Source of the DNA: a virus | Reading direction: 5' to 3' (one strand) | DNA length: 58,034 nt | IMG/VR virus record: IMGVR_UViG_3300029337_000010 | Coordinates: 1 to 58,034 of that record | Shown: positions 1-8,498 of the stretch, piece by piece | Layout of the letters: every line of letters starts with the position of its first letter | How positions within the stretch are numbered: position 1 is the first letter of the stretch | Notes under the pieces: model-generated | The model's database searches: none | Told to the model about the DNA's origin: nothing | What the model saw: only the letters and a program-made list of their open reading frames with translations | Position numbers and translations under genes: made by a program

Positions 1-75
1 GCTTCACAAGGTTTTCAATTTTAAAAAAATAGTAGCGGAAGGGAGATTTGAACTCGGTATCAAGCCCCGCAAACC
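1..75. repeat. 75-bp terminal direct repeat, left copy (att core or circular-assembly overlap)
   Basis: Bases 1-75 are identical to 57960-58034. The repeat lies about 50 bp from the 3' end of a tyrosine integrase gene. On the minus strand it contains a T-loop-like GAGTTCAAATCTC, but I cannot fold a full tRNA. Confidence 0.95.
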
Positions 76-107
76 CGCATAAATACTAGGTTTCTTTATA
101 CCTAAAG

Positions 108-126
108 GTGTTACCTCGTGTTACCT
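108..126. promoter_or_regulatory. Two direct GTGTTACCT copies, candidate integrase arm-type sites (P' arm)
   Basis: GTGTTACCT occurs at 108-116 and 118-126. The same 9-mer occurs twice in tandem at 57879-57902 on the other side of the 75-bp core. Confidence 0.55.
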
Positions 127-127
127 T

Positions 128-1330
128 TTACATCGATAGTGCTTTCGCAATGTATTCTTGCATCTCACTCTCTGTTTTATTATTAAAATAATAATGGTCA
201 AGCGTTGTTCTAATATCAGTATGACCCATTTGTGTTTTTATTACAGATTCTGGAACATTTCCATCTATAAGCTTTGTAGCATATGTCTTTCTCGCCTTAT
301 GAATTGATCGCTCACCAATTTTAACTTTATCGCAGATCACATATAAACGTCTTGTAAATGCTTGTCCTTTTATCCTTTTACCGTTTTTCATAAAAATATA
401 TTCTCCAAAAGGGTTAAGCATTTTTATTTTTCTCATAAGTTCATTGGTATCTTCGGTAATTATAACATCTCTAAATCCGGCATCGCTCTTTGGAAAATTC
501 TGAACATCAAACACATATTTGCCACTATCATCTCGGTATCGTATTTCTGTCTTTGATATATGTATCTTATTTTCTGCAATATCTGACCATGAAAGCGTGG
601 ATATTTCTCCAACCCTTAGTCCGGTTTTAAATGCCAAAATAATTCCAAGTTCAATCAATGTAGGCTGGTCTTCCATTATGAATTGTTCAATCAAAAGCTC
701 TTCATCCTTAGAAAAAACTAATTCGTTGTCAGACTTATGATTCCTTTTAAATGACTTCTCCGAAATTTCTAAATCACCCATGAAATTGGTTATGCTCAAG
801 CTAGTATAATGTTTTTTCTTTGCATATTTGAAAATTCCGTTAATCAATATCCGCATATCGGAGTACGCTTTCTGCGTAAGTTCCAGCTTTGAAATAGCTG
901 TTTTTATGAATGATTCCAATATTTCTTCGTCAATATACCGGATTTTTCTATTTGCAATCGGCAAATACTCATTTTCAAAAAATCTTTTAAAATTCGTTTC
1001 GTACTTGTCCTTTGTCTGCCTTGTTATTTCACCATATTCCAATTTTTCAGAAATCCAGCTAGAATATACTTGGCTGACTGTCGGTTCATCTTCCATGGCT
1101 TTATAAAACTTCACTATCTCGTTTTCTATCGCCTTTTCAGATGTTCTTTTTACAAGTTTTTTCCCTCTCTGGCTTTCTTCATCGGGCAAATATGTGTAAA
1201 ACTTACCGTCTTTTCCTTCCCAAATGCTATAATTGTGTTTTTCAATAAATTTCTTCCTTTCGTTCATCTCAATTTTTTTCTGAATGGTGTCTATGTCGAT
1301 AATACCATTTTCAATGGCAAAATTCAACAA
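128..1330 (-). CDS. int: Tyrosine recombinase / phage integrase
   Basis: 400-aa ORF. The C-terminal catalytic pattern is present: RVGEISTLSWSDI, HKARKTYATKL, GHTDIRTTLDHYY (R...HxxR...H...Y). It is adjacent to the att repeat. Confidence 0.92.
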   Translation of the reverse strand: MLNFAIENGIIDIDTIQKKIEMNERKKFIEKHNYSIWEGKDGKFYTYLPDEESQRGKKLVKRTSEKAIENEIVKFYKAMEDEPTVSQVYSSWISEKLEYGEITRQTKDKYETNFKRFFENEYLPIANRKIRYIDEEILESFIKTAISKLELTQKAYSDMRILINGIFKYAKKKHYTSLSITNFMGDLEISEKSFKRNHKSDNELVFSKDEELLIEQFIMEDQPTLIELGIILAFKTGLRVGEISTLSWSDIAENKIHISKTEIRYRDDSGKYVFDVQNFPKSDAGFRDVIITEDTNELMRKIKMLNPFGEYIFMKNGKRIKGQAFTRRLYVICDKVKIGERSIHKARKTYATKLIDGNVPESVIKTQMGHTDIRTTLDHYYFNNKTESEMQEYIAKALSM

Positions 1331-1337
1331 TTCACTT

Positions 1338-1562
1338 TTAGAAAGATTTTCCGTTTAAATCACCTTCCAATCTCTTGACTTTTTGCTTTATATCAAAGAT
1401 ACGCCTTTCTACTGTTCTTAGCGGAATACAAATTTTCATTGATATTTCTTTTGGTATAAATCCACGGGCAAGAAGAGAAAATATTTCCTCTTCCTGCTCC
1501 GTAAAATTGGCGTTTTCAATAATTACTTCAAGCTCTGGCTTAGTCAGTTTTGAAAACTTCAT
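1338..1562 (-). CDS. Small sigma-70 region-4 / LuxR-type HTH regulator
   Basis: 74 aa. FTEQEEEIFSLLARGFIPKEISMKICIPLRTVERRIFDIKQKV resembles a region-4 HTH. Confidence 0.6.
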   Translation of the reverse strand: MKFSKLTKPELEVIIENANFTEQEEEIFSLLARGFIPKEISMKICIPLRTVERRIFDIKQKVKRLEGDLNGKSF

Positions 1563-1583
1563 AAGCCAATATCCTCCAATATT

Positions 1584-1832
1584 TTATTTTTCTTTCTGCC
1601 AAATATTCGGTGTACCGTCTGCATTAAGCATGACTGTAAGACCGCCACCACTCCCACTCCCAATATACAGATACATGACACCTGTGTCCTTGTCCGCGTA
1701 GATACTGTAATTCAGCTCACTTTCTACCAAGACCATCGTATTATCCTGTCTCGCGCTGACATTTGCTGTGTCACTACATCCGGCAATCGTAAGTGTTGTT
1801 ACTAAGATTGCTGCTAAAATTTTCTTTTTCAC
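1584..1832 (-). CDS. Small lipoprotein
   Basis: 82 aa with a signal peptide and lipobox: MKKKILAAILVTTLTIAGC. Confidence 0.7.
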   Translation of the reverse strand: MKKKILAAILVTTLTIAGCSDTANVSARQDNTMVLVESELNYSIYADKDTGVMYLYIGSGSGGGLTVMLNADGTPNIWQKEK

Positions 1833-2065
1833 TTACATTTTTCTCCTTTCTCCATTTCATTCTTAATAATCCGCTGTCCCTCTTCTGTTTTATAAAATCT
1901 TGTGATAGACGGGAAAGTGAACCTAACTTCGCTCGGGACCGGCATATATGTCAAAATCCTGCCGTTTTCAAGTCTGATTTCGCATGACTTAAACCCCATA
2001 ATTTTTGCTTTACAGCTAATAAAAAATGGATATTTACAGTCGGTTTCATATTTAATTTTTCCCAT
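1829..2065 (-). CDS. Hypothetical protein
   Basis: 78-aa ORF with a 4-nt overlap to the downstream gene, in an operon context. Confidence 0.5.
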   Translation of the reverse strand: MGKIKYETDCKYPFFISCKAKIMGFKSCEIRLENGRILTYMPVPSEVRFTFPSITRFYKTEEGQRIIKNEMEKGEKCK

Positions 2066-2083
2066 AAGTTACCTCCATCAAAT

Positions 2084-2302
2084 TCAGTCCAATGCTTCGT
2101 ATATTGCATGAGGAATAAAGCATATTCCCATGACAATGTATTTCAGTAACGTCAGTGGAACTTCTACAGTTAAACATAAGAACAGCCACATTGTTGCTGG
2201 CTTACTCTTCTTCCACATAATTTTCGGATTTGCCGGTATTCTGCCGCTTGGCTCCTCCTTAAGTGCTTCATATGCCATTGTTGAAAATCCTATCATTCTC
2301 AT
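2084..2302 (-). CDS. Small membrane protein
   Basis: 72 aa with one or two hydrophobic segments (TMWLFLCLTVEVPLTLLKYIVMGICFI). Confidence 0.5.
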   Translation of the reverse strand: MRMIGFSTMAYEALKEEPSGRIPANPKIMWKKSKPATMWLFLCLTVEVPLTLLKYIVMGICFIPHAIYEALD

Positions 2303-2325
2303 TGTCCTCCCTCTCTTTCTTGAGT

Positions 2326-2538
2326 TTAAATACTATATAATCCCTGGTACTCATAAAAATAATCTTTGCTATAAAATTCCTTATTTCCCAAGTCATTTTT
2401 TACAAGAATATCCCCATCATAGCCGAGCACTGTATATTGCCGTCCCTCAGTAAGGTTAAACTCCTCTGCGCGCTCATTTGCAGTTACAGGCTGTCCTATT
2501 TTAACTACCACAATGGTATCTTTTATTACGCCATTCAT
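2326..2538 (-). CDS. Hypothetical protein
   Basis: 70-aa ORF in the same operon, non-repetitive composition. Confidence 0.5.
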   Translation of the reverse strand: MNGVIKDTIVVVKIGQPVTANERAEEFNLTEGRQYTVLGYDGDILVKNDLGNKEFYSKDYFYEYQGLYSI

Positions 2539-2601
2539 ATTTTGTATCCTCTCTTTCCGCCCCGCCGCATTACTGCTGGCGGGGACTATAGCTGTTTGAT
2601 C

Positions 2602-4317
2602 TCATGCGAACCGGAGCTGTCCGGTCTGCTCTGCTTCTATCTGCATGTTTGGCATACGTTCCGCTACGCACAGTTCCGAAAGATTTGCTCTGACCAGCGC
2701 TGCCGGTATCGGCGGACACACTGCATTGCCGCAGCGGCGCACCTGTTCGCTCCGCGGATACGTCTTGCCGGTATAATCATGGTCGATTATGTAATCCTCT
2801 GGAAAACCCTGGCATCCATACAACTCCCGTGGCTCCAACATCCGCAGTCCGATGTCCGCTATCTGATAATCTACGCCATTGATGGTTACCAGTCCGAATC
2901 TGTCCTGCGCCGTCACGGTGTCCAACGGTGCCTTTATATCCTGTCCAGTTCCCTGTCCATAATATTTGATTAAAAAAGCTCTCACCTCTCCGAAATGACC
3001 GTCTCCTGCTGTGATTGTCGGAATTGGCTCTTTTACATCCCTTCCATCACAATGATTATTCATCTGAATAAGGTTTACTGCACACATAGCGTTTCTTTCA
3101 AGTGTCGTAATGGTGTGCAATGGCTCTTTAATGTCAGAGCCGTTTCCCTGATAATTTCCGCCATAATACTTTTGGATGAATGACGTGACCAGTCCATATC
3201 TGTTCGATCCGTCCACCGTCATTATAGGGTCTTCAATCGTCTGCCCCCGAACTTCTCCCTGCGCCGTTTCAGAATGGTACTGGATAAGTGTCGGTGTCAT
3301 AAGCATATGCTGATTATTTGCCGTTATGGTGTGTACCGGCTCGCGCATATCACTTCCAAAATGGTTTTCTCTGTTTACTGATAGGTATGGTGCCAATTTA
3401 GGCTCACACAGATAATGCTTTCCGCTCCCCACAATAGTCGGCAATGGCTTTTCGATGTCGTGAACTCTAGGCGCCTGTCCTTTCCTCTCCCCGTACCCAA
3501 TAGGAACAATAAACGGTTCCGGGTTGTCCAGCACAAACTTTTTCAGTCCTCGTGCTATTCTCTCCATCGTCTTCGGTGCCAGCGGACGTACTGCCCGGAT
3601 CCCGTATTTCTCTTTGATTTCCTCGGACGTATCAAAAATGGACGGACATGGAAGAGAAAAGTCAAGCTGCGTGTATGCTCCCACATACGGTTTCAGCAGC
3701 CCAGCCTTGACCTCGTCACTGTCTGCCGGTGCGTGTGTCGGCTCTGGCCAGACTATCGGCTTACCATCACACCGCGCGATCATGAAGAATCGTTTGCGCA
3801 TGGTCGGCGCTCCATAATCAGCCGCAACCAACTCCCGGAACTCTACCTCATAGCCTAAATCTGTGAGTTGCTGAACAAACTTCCGAAATGTTTCGCCCTG
3901 TTTGCTCTTGATCGGATGGTGCCGCCGCCCAAGAGGTCCCCAAGTTTTAAATTCCTCCACATTCTCCAGCATGATGACTCTCGGTCGTACCAGTCCCGCC
4001 CATCGGCAGGCTACCCACGCAAGACCACGGATATTCTTATCTTTTGGCTTGCCACCCTTTGCTTTGCTAAAATGTTTGCAGTCCGGTGAGAACCAGGCAA
4101 GTCCGACCGGATGCCCGTTGCACGCTTTTACCGGATCGACCGCCCACACGTTTTCACAGTAATGCTTCGTATTCGGATGGTTCGCCTTGTGCATCTTGAT
4201 AGCTTCTGGATCATGGTTGATGGCTATATCAACACTGTATCCGGTTGCCATTTCTATACCAGTGGAAGCGCCGCCCCCACCGGCAAAGTTATCTACTATC
4301 AATTCTCCGTTTATCAT
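2602..4317 (-). CDS. DNA (cytosine-5) methyltransferase with multiple tandem target-recognition modules
   Basis: Motif I is DNFAGGGG, motif IV is SPDCKHFS, motif VI is MLENVEEF, and the C-terminal motifs are CQGFPEDY and GNAVCPP. About 380 aa between motif VI and the CQGFPEDY motif hold 6 repeats of P-x-x-T-(I/V)-(T/V)...(Y/H)... Confidence 0.9.
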   Translation of the reverse strand: MINGELIVDNFAGGGGASTGIEMATGYSVDIAINHDPEAIKMHKANHPNTKHYCENVWAVDPVKACNGHPVGLAWFSPDCKHFSKAKGGKPKDKNIRGLAWVACRWAGLVRPRVIMLENVEEFKTWGPLGRRHHPIKSKQGETFRKFVQQLTDLGYEVEFRELVAADYGAPTMRKRFFMIARCDGKPIVWPEPTHAPADSDEVKAGLLKPYVGAYTQLDFSLPCPSIFDTSEEIKEKYGIRAVRPLAPKTMERIARGLKKFVLDNPEPFIVPIGYGERKGQAPRVHDIEKPLPTIVGSGKHYLCEPKLAPYLSVNRENHFGSDMREPVHTITANNQHMLMTPTLIQYHSETAQGEVRGQTIEDPIMTVDGSNRYGLVTSFIQKYYGGNYQGNGSDIKEPLHTITTLERNAMCAVNLIQMNNHCDGRDVKEPIPTITAGDGHFGEVRAFLIKYYGQGTGQDIKAPLDTVTAQDRFGLVTINGVDYQIADIGLRMLEPRELYGCQGFPEDYIIDHDYTGKTYPRSEQVRRCGNAVCPPIPAALVRANLSELCVAERMPNMQIEAEQTGQLRFA

Positions 4318-4586
4318 GGCAGCACCTCCGGAAAGTCTGTGATCTCCATCTGACCTTCCAAATCATCCGCATTGCGTTCACTTTCTTCACAGGCTGCAAT
4401 TTCTTCTGCATCCATATCAACTTCTTTTCCAACCTCAATACAGAATACTGGTTGTCCAAGATCTTTAACACAAAATGTTCCCGTTATTTCATATCTCTTT
4501 CTTTTTCTCGGATTTGCCAAAATAACACTTATTGGTGCATCATCCGAGAATGTATTCAAATATTCTTTTAATTCACTATTTTTCAT
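4314..4586 (-). CDS. Hypothetical acidic protein
   Basis: 90-aa ORF with an ATGA overlap to the methyltransferase gene. Confidence 0.55.
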   Translation of the reverse strand: MKNSELKEYLNTFSDDAPISVILANPRKRKRYEITGTFCVKDLGQPVFCIEVGKEVDMDAEEIAACEESERNADDLEGQMEITDFPEVLP

Positions 4587-4639
4587 TTTTTCACAGGAAC
4601 CTGGTACCCTTTATGCGCGCTGGTTCGGCTCCTTTCTTC

Positions 4640-4668
4640 TTGACTAAATTATATTTTTAATATATACT
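4640..4668 (+). promoter_or_regulatory. Sigma-70-type promoter (TTGACT-N17-TATACT) driving the plus-strand tRNA-like gene
   Basis: TTGACT at 4640-4645, TATACT at 4663-4668, 17-nt spacer. The predicted start is around 4675-4676. Confidence 0.6.
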
Positions 4669-4672
4669 TTTA

Positions 4673-4745
4673 CTTGGCATAGCTCAGTGGATAGAGCGCG
4701 CCTCCTATAAAGGCATGGTCGTGGGTTCGAGTCCCACTGCCCCTG
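4673..4745 (+). tRNA. tRNA-like gene with anticodon loop CCUAUAA (UAU, Ile-type) and a defective acceptor stem
   Basis: The D arm (GCTCAGTGGATAGAGC) and T arm (GTGGGTTCGAGTCCCAC) are canonical. Only 4 of 7 acceptor pairs form (GGCA/TGCC). Position 33 is C. It is opposite in strand to all its neighbours. Confidence 0.6.
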
Positions 4746-4749
4746 TTAA

Positions 4750-4775
4750 AGGCACCTTCGGGTGTCTTTTCTTGT
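4750..4775 (+). terminator. Rho-independent terminator after the tRNA-like gene
   Basis: AGGCACC-TTCG-GGTGTCT hairpin followed by TTTCTTGTT. Confidence 0.7.
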
Positions 4776-4777
4776 TG

Positions 4778-5995
4778 TCACATTTCATCTAATGGAAGTG
4801 AAATCTGCCCCTTACAGTTACCACCGATTGCGGACGGATCCCATCCAACTCCAATGTAATCAAGTACTTTCGCCCATCCATAATCATTCCCGTCTTTATC
4901 CCTGCACATGTGGAACATAAGATAATCCCACTCTTTTGGGTTGCTCTCATGCAACAGATCAAACCGATGCGGTCTCTTTTCCATGTGGATTCCAAACCCG
5001 CACATACTGCATCCGGTACGCTGAGCCTTAGTTGTGTAAAGCGTCCCATCTGGCTTTTTCTCAATCGTTCCGTAGATCTCCGGGATAATGCTGTCTGGCA
5101 TTTCAAAACTTTGAGATAATCTTCCTTCTTTCAAAAGCTTCTCATGATATTTTTCTTTCAGTTCTCCTTTCCACAACTCATCCATTTCCAGTGCAAGCTT
5201 TAAAATGTCCTGCCTATGAAAGATTGCGAATGGTGCTGATCTGATCGTGGATGCTCCAAAGTAATTACATCCGTTCATCCGTAGGCTCTTGGCACGTCTG
5301 CCGCCTTCAGATGCCATCAGTCCCAGATATGGCACGCTGTTGTGTTCTTTTCCCCAATTATCACAGTTCTTTTCTTTGAGGTAATAGCAGCATTTAGCAG
5401 ATACAAGGAAGTCTGGCTTCTGGAAATCACACCCTTCATTTTCGTTCTCATATCCACCGAACAGCTTTAACCATCGTTGATTCAACTGCATTTTGGAGTT
5501 TTTCTGCCATCCGCCATATTCTCCGGTTTCTCCGGTTATGATCGCATGACGGACAGTTTTATTCTTCTCGCTCGGATTTTGCAAAAGTTCTATCTTCCCG
5601 GCAACCTCTTTTGAAATGACCGGAAACCCAAATTCCTGTATAACTCTTGCTTTTGTCCAATAAGTACCATCATCTCTTTTCAGTGGTGGCACATTGATGA
5701 TTCCAAGTGCTTTATGCACTCTCTGAATACTCTTGTCTTCCAGTGTAGATGCACTGACTCCTGGTGCGTCAATTCCGCATACCTCATGCAAAAAGAGGTA
5801 CAAGACTATACTGTCAAGTCCACCGACCGAAACATGGTAATTGAGCAATCTTCCGCCACATTCATTTGCGAACTCTTCTGCTCGTATTTGAGCATATTTT
5901 CTTTTAAATTCATATGGCTGCTTCTCTTTCTGCATAAAAGATGCTATCTTTTCGTATGCTCCGATTCGCTCCATACGTTCTTTTACTGATTCCAT
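4778..5995 (-). CDS. PAPS-reductase-family (DndC/IbrA-like) protein
   Basis: 405 aa. The N-terminal segment HVSVGGLDSIVLYLFL is a PP-loop-like SGGxDS. The C-terminal half is cysteine-rich (CSMCGFGIH). Confidence 0.7.
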   Translation of the reverse strand: MESVKERMERIGAYEKIASFMQKEKQPYEFKRKYAQIRAEEFANECGGRLLNYHVSVGGLDSIVLYLFLHEVCGIDAPGVSASTLEDKSIQRVHKALGIINVPPLKRDDGTYWTKARVIQEFGFPVISKEVAGKIELLQNPSEKNKTVRHAIITGETGEYGGWQKNSKMQLNQRWLKLFGGYENENEGCDFQKPDFLVSAKCCYYLKEKNCDNWGKEHNSVPYLGLMASEGGRRAKSLRMNGCNYFGASTIRSAPFAIFHRQDILKLALEMDELWKGELKEKYHEKLLKEGRLSQSFEMPDSIIPEIYGTIEKKPDGTLYTTKAQRTGCSMCGFGIHMEKRPHRFDLLHESNPKEWDYLMFHMCRDKDGNDYGWAKVLDYIGVGWDPSAIGGNCKGQISLPLDEM

Positions 5996-6054
5996 TTTTT
6001 CTCGGAGTAAAGAGCTCTTTCACGCTGGCCAGCAAACCTCTCACTCCTTTCAAT

Positions 6055-6327
6055 TTACTTTAAAATTTCATCTAAGCAGGCATTCCAACCCACCCGACGT
6101 ATTGATGTGCTGAGATCTTCATAACCAGATTTCAACTCTGGTATCTTCTCCGGCAGTTCCCGGAGCGGACACCAGTCTGGTCTATCTTCGTAGTGACCGC
6201 CATTTATCGGAATTGTTTTCCCTGTAATAGCACAGTCGTAAAGAGCATCGTCTTTATAACTGGGATATTTGCAAGTGCAATTTTCACAGGTATCCGGCAT
6301 ATCCATTACCAATACTGCTTTAGGCAT
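6055..6327 (-). CDS. Hypothetical Cys-rich phage protein
   Basis: 90 aa with the pattern MDMPDTCENCTC...RPDWCPL. Confidence 0.55.
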   Translation of the reverse strand: MPKAVLVMDMPDTCENCTCKYPSYKDDALYDCAITGKTIPINGGHYEDRPDWCPLRELPEKIPELKSGYEDLSTSIRRVGWNACLDEILK

Positions 6328-6359
6328 CTTTGCACCTCCTAGTATCTCAACTTAATCAA

Positions 6360-6518
6360 TTATTTATATTTTTTGTAGTTACATTTACCATTTCTGCAAC
6401 GGCATTTCCACTCAAGATCGTTGTCTTTGGTCTTATACGCATGTTTACAGGTCAAGCATTTCTTTAGCCAATCCGGCATATATTCACTGCTACAGGTTTC
6501 CTCTGTTCCTTTCGGCAT
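6360..6518 (-). CDS. Small Cys-rich protein
   Basis: The internal start MPKGTEE has an AAGGAG RBS about 10 nt upstream. It contains CxxC motifs. Confidence 0.5.
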   Translation of the reverse strand: MPKGTEETCSSEYMPDWLKKCLTCKHAYKTKDNDLEWKCRCRNGKCNYKKYK

Positions 6519-6523
6519 ATCAT

Positions 6524-7162
6524 TCACACTCCTTCCGGCTTCTCGCACCGTTCAAATTCGATAACCCAAACCCACGGTGATGCATCCCAACCGTAGCGGT
6601 CAAGGTCTGATTTCTTGATGGTGGAATTCCACAATGCTTGCATAGCTCCTATTGGAGTTGTGTAGCAATTATGCATATCTGTTTCTTGTTTCCAAGTAAA
6701 TCCTGTTGGACATTCATCATACTGTATGCCTTCACGTTTTGCTTGCTCATCGGTTATCTCCTGCAACCGCTCCACCCTAACATCCGTAACCTTTAACCAG
6801 ATACGTGCGGCTTCTTTCGGCATGTGGATGGATGGTTTCCACTTTGTAACATCGGCAATATCATCTTTCTGCCAATCTTCGTAGTAATAGTATCCTTTCG
6901 GTGCCTCTTTCCATGTTTCACGAACATACAGGATATCGCCCGTACAGATAGGACAGGTTCTCTCCGCCGTACTTAACTGTTCCATCTGCTCCTTATCAGC
7001 AAAGTTATGTACTGCATAAGTTCTCTTGTCGGCATTGTAAAATTCCATATCCGGTACGGTATACTCATTTGCATCTTTGCATATCCGCCTTGTACAACTC
7101 TTTCTTCCGGCCAGAATTGCCCGAACCATCTCGGTATTGAATAAAATCGGTTTAATTGCCAT
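6524..7162 (-). CDS. ASCH-domain-like phage protein
   Basis: 212 aa. ILFNTEMVRAILAGRKSCTRR and YVRETW are typical of ASCH-type phage proteins. Confidence 0.6.
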   Translation of the reverse strand: MAIKPILFNTEMVRAILAGRKSCTRRICKDANEYTVPDMEFYNADKRTYAVHNFADKEQMEQLSTAERTCPICTGDILYVRETWKEAPKGYYYYEDWQKDDIADVTKWKPSIHMPKEAARIWLKVTDVRVERLQEITDEQAKREGIQYDECPTGFTWKQETDMHNCYTTPIGAMQALWNSTIKKSDLDRYGWDASPWVWVIEFERCEKPEGV

Positions 7163-7415
7163 CTACTCCACCGCCTTCCACAATCTCGATTGCGTGCTCA
7201 TAACTTCTTGCTTTCTCTTTTCCCAAATTCCTGTTGTATGCATTCTCCCAAAACTTTCTCTCATTTTCCAACTGCTCCACAACCTTGTCTACATCATAAG
7301 CCGTCGGATATTCTTCTAGTAAATACAATACTGCATTTGTATTTACTAAAGTTCCATTGCTTAAAGTAACCGATTTTAAATCTTTCTTCAGCGCATCCGC
7401 ATCAATCAGTCTCAT
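7152..7415 (-). CDS. Hypothetical protein
   Basis: Start at MRLIDADALKK with an AGGAGG RBS. The longer 119-aa frame upstream looks non-coding. Confidence 0.5.
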   Translation of the reverse strand: MRLIDADALKKDLKSVTLSNGTLVNTNAVLYLLEEYPTAYDVDKVVEQLENERKFWENAYNRNLGKEKARSYEHAIEIVEGGGVDGN

Positions 7416-7653
7416 CGTTCGCCCTCCTGTTCCAATCTGTAGTTGCTTTCGTTCGCTCGTCTTTCCCTGTTCTGATGCCTCCGTCCTGATCCATGTACAT
7501 CTCACATTCATAGCTTTTTGGAAGTTCTGTTCCGCATTTCATACATTTGATTTTGAACATTACCCCAACAGCCGAATGTGATGACTTATTTGTAATGGTT
7601 AAGAAAATTGCGTTTCCACCGCAGAACGGACATGGCTTCAATCTTTCACTCAT
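7402..7653 (-). CDS. Lar-family restriction-alleviation-like zinc-ribbon protein
   Basis: 83 aa. LKPCPFCGG...KCMKCG...DWNRRA matches the Lar-family pattern. Confidence 0.65.
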   Translation of the reverse strand: MSERLKPCPFCGGNAIFLTITNKSSHSAVGVMFKIKCMKCGTELPKSYECEMYMDQDGGIRTGKDERTKATTDWNRRANDETD

Positions 7654-8261
7654 TCTTCATCACCCCAATCAATTTTTCTTAAACAATTTGGACATCCATA
7701 AGGTTCTTCTACTTGATGCCCACAATCTGGACAATAACCAACATGTTCTTTATGTTTCTGGTATCCAAAATAACTATTCGTTACATGCATTGGTTTCTTC
7801 GCTGTCTGTTTCTCCACAGCCGCCCGGCATTCTTCTAAAGTTCCAACCTTACGATATTGCCGCCAGTCGCTTAACGCTTCAGCAAAATCTTTCTTCATCT
7901 CCTGCAATTCTTCCGGCGTGCCGATTGCTCGGTACTCTTCCACTTCTGCTTCCAGTTCCTCGATGTATTCATCTTTGTGGTCGCAGTTGTGGCAGATCTG
8001 TGTAGAAGTGTTTGCAAATTCGTTTTTAATATTAGGGTTGATTACTGATGTGTGCCAGCGCTGCACCTCTTCCAGTGCCTTGATTGCTACTTCACATGAC
8101 TGAATTTCTTTTTTGCAGTTCTCCAAATTGCTGTAATACTCACCCAGGTTCTTTTTTCTAACTGCAAACACTTTTGGAGAAATCAATAATAATTCAGCTA
8201 AAGCTTTTTTTGACTGCTCCATAGCGTTTTGAATAAAAATTTTTGCTTCATTCTCCGTCAT
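7650..8261 (-). CDS. Coiled-coil protein with a C-terminal zinc ribbon
   Basis: 203 aa with CHNCDH and CPDCGHQVEEPYGCPNC motifs. Confidence 0.55.
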   Translation of the reverse strand: MTENEAKIFIQNAMEQSKKALAELLLISPKVFAVRKKNLGEYYSNLENCKKEIQSCEVAIKALEEVQRWHTSVINPNIKNEFANTSTQICHNCDHKDEYIEELEAEVEEYRAIGTPEELQEMKKDFAEALSDWRQYRKVGTLEECRAAVEKQTAKKPMHVTNSYFGYQKHKEHVGYCPDCGHQVEEPYGCPNCLRKIDWGDEE

Positions 8262-8264
8262 AGC

Positions 8265-8498
8265 TTAATATCCTCCCTCGTTTTCCAACAACCACTCTTT
8301 CAACTGCACCTGCGCTCTGGCAAAGCACAGCTCCATGTCACAATCCGATACATTTACGATCACAAGATCTTTTCCGTTCTCCCCGCGCCCGCTTCTGTAA
8401 ATATAAATTCCCCAATCAGCAACCTTGTTGTATGCAATGCTTAGATGTAACTTATATTTGTATGAAACCTTGTCAAAAAATTTCAGAAAATCATTCAT
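8265..8498 (-). CDS. Hypothetical protein
   Basis: Start at MNDFLKFF with a GGAGG RBS and an ATGA-type overlap with the upstream gene. Confidence 0.5.
   Translation of the reverse strand: MNDFLKFFDKVSYKYKLHLSIAYNKVADWGIYIYRSGRGENGKDLVIVNVSDCDMELCFARAQVQLKEWLLENEGGY

Noticed and set aside
1-75. The att core as the 3' half of a tRNA gene
   Set aside because: A T-loop-like TTCAAAT and an acceptor-like CCGCTAC are present on the minus strand. But the T stem forms only 3 of 5 pairs, and I could not complete a cloverleaf. It is kept as a hypothesis about attB rather than as a feature.
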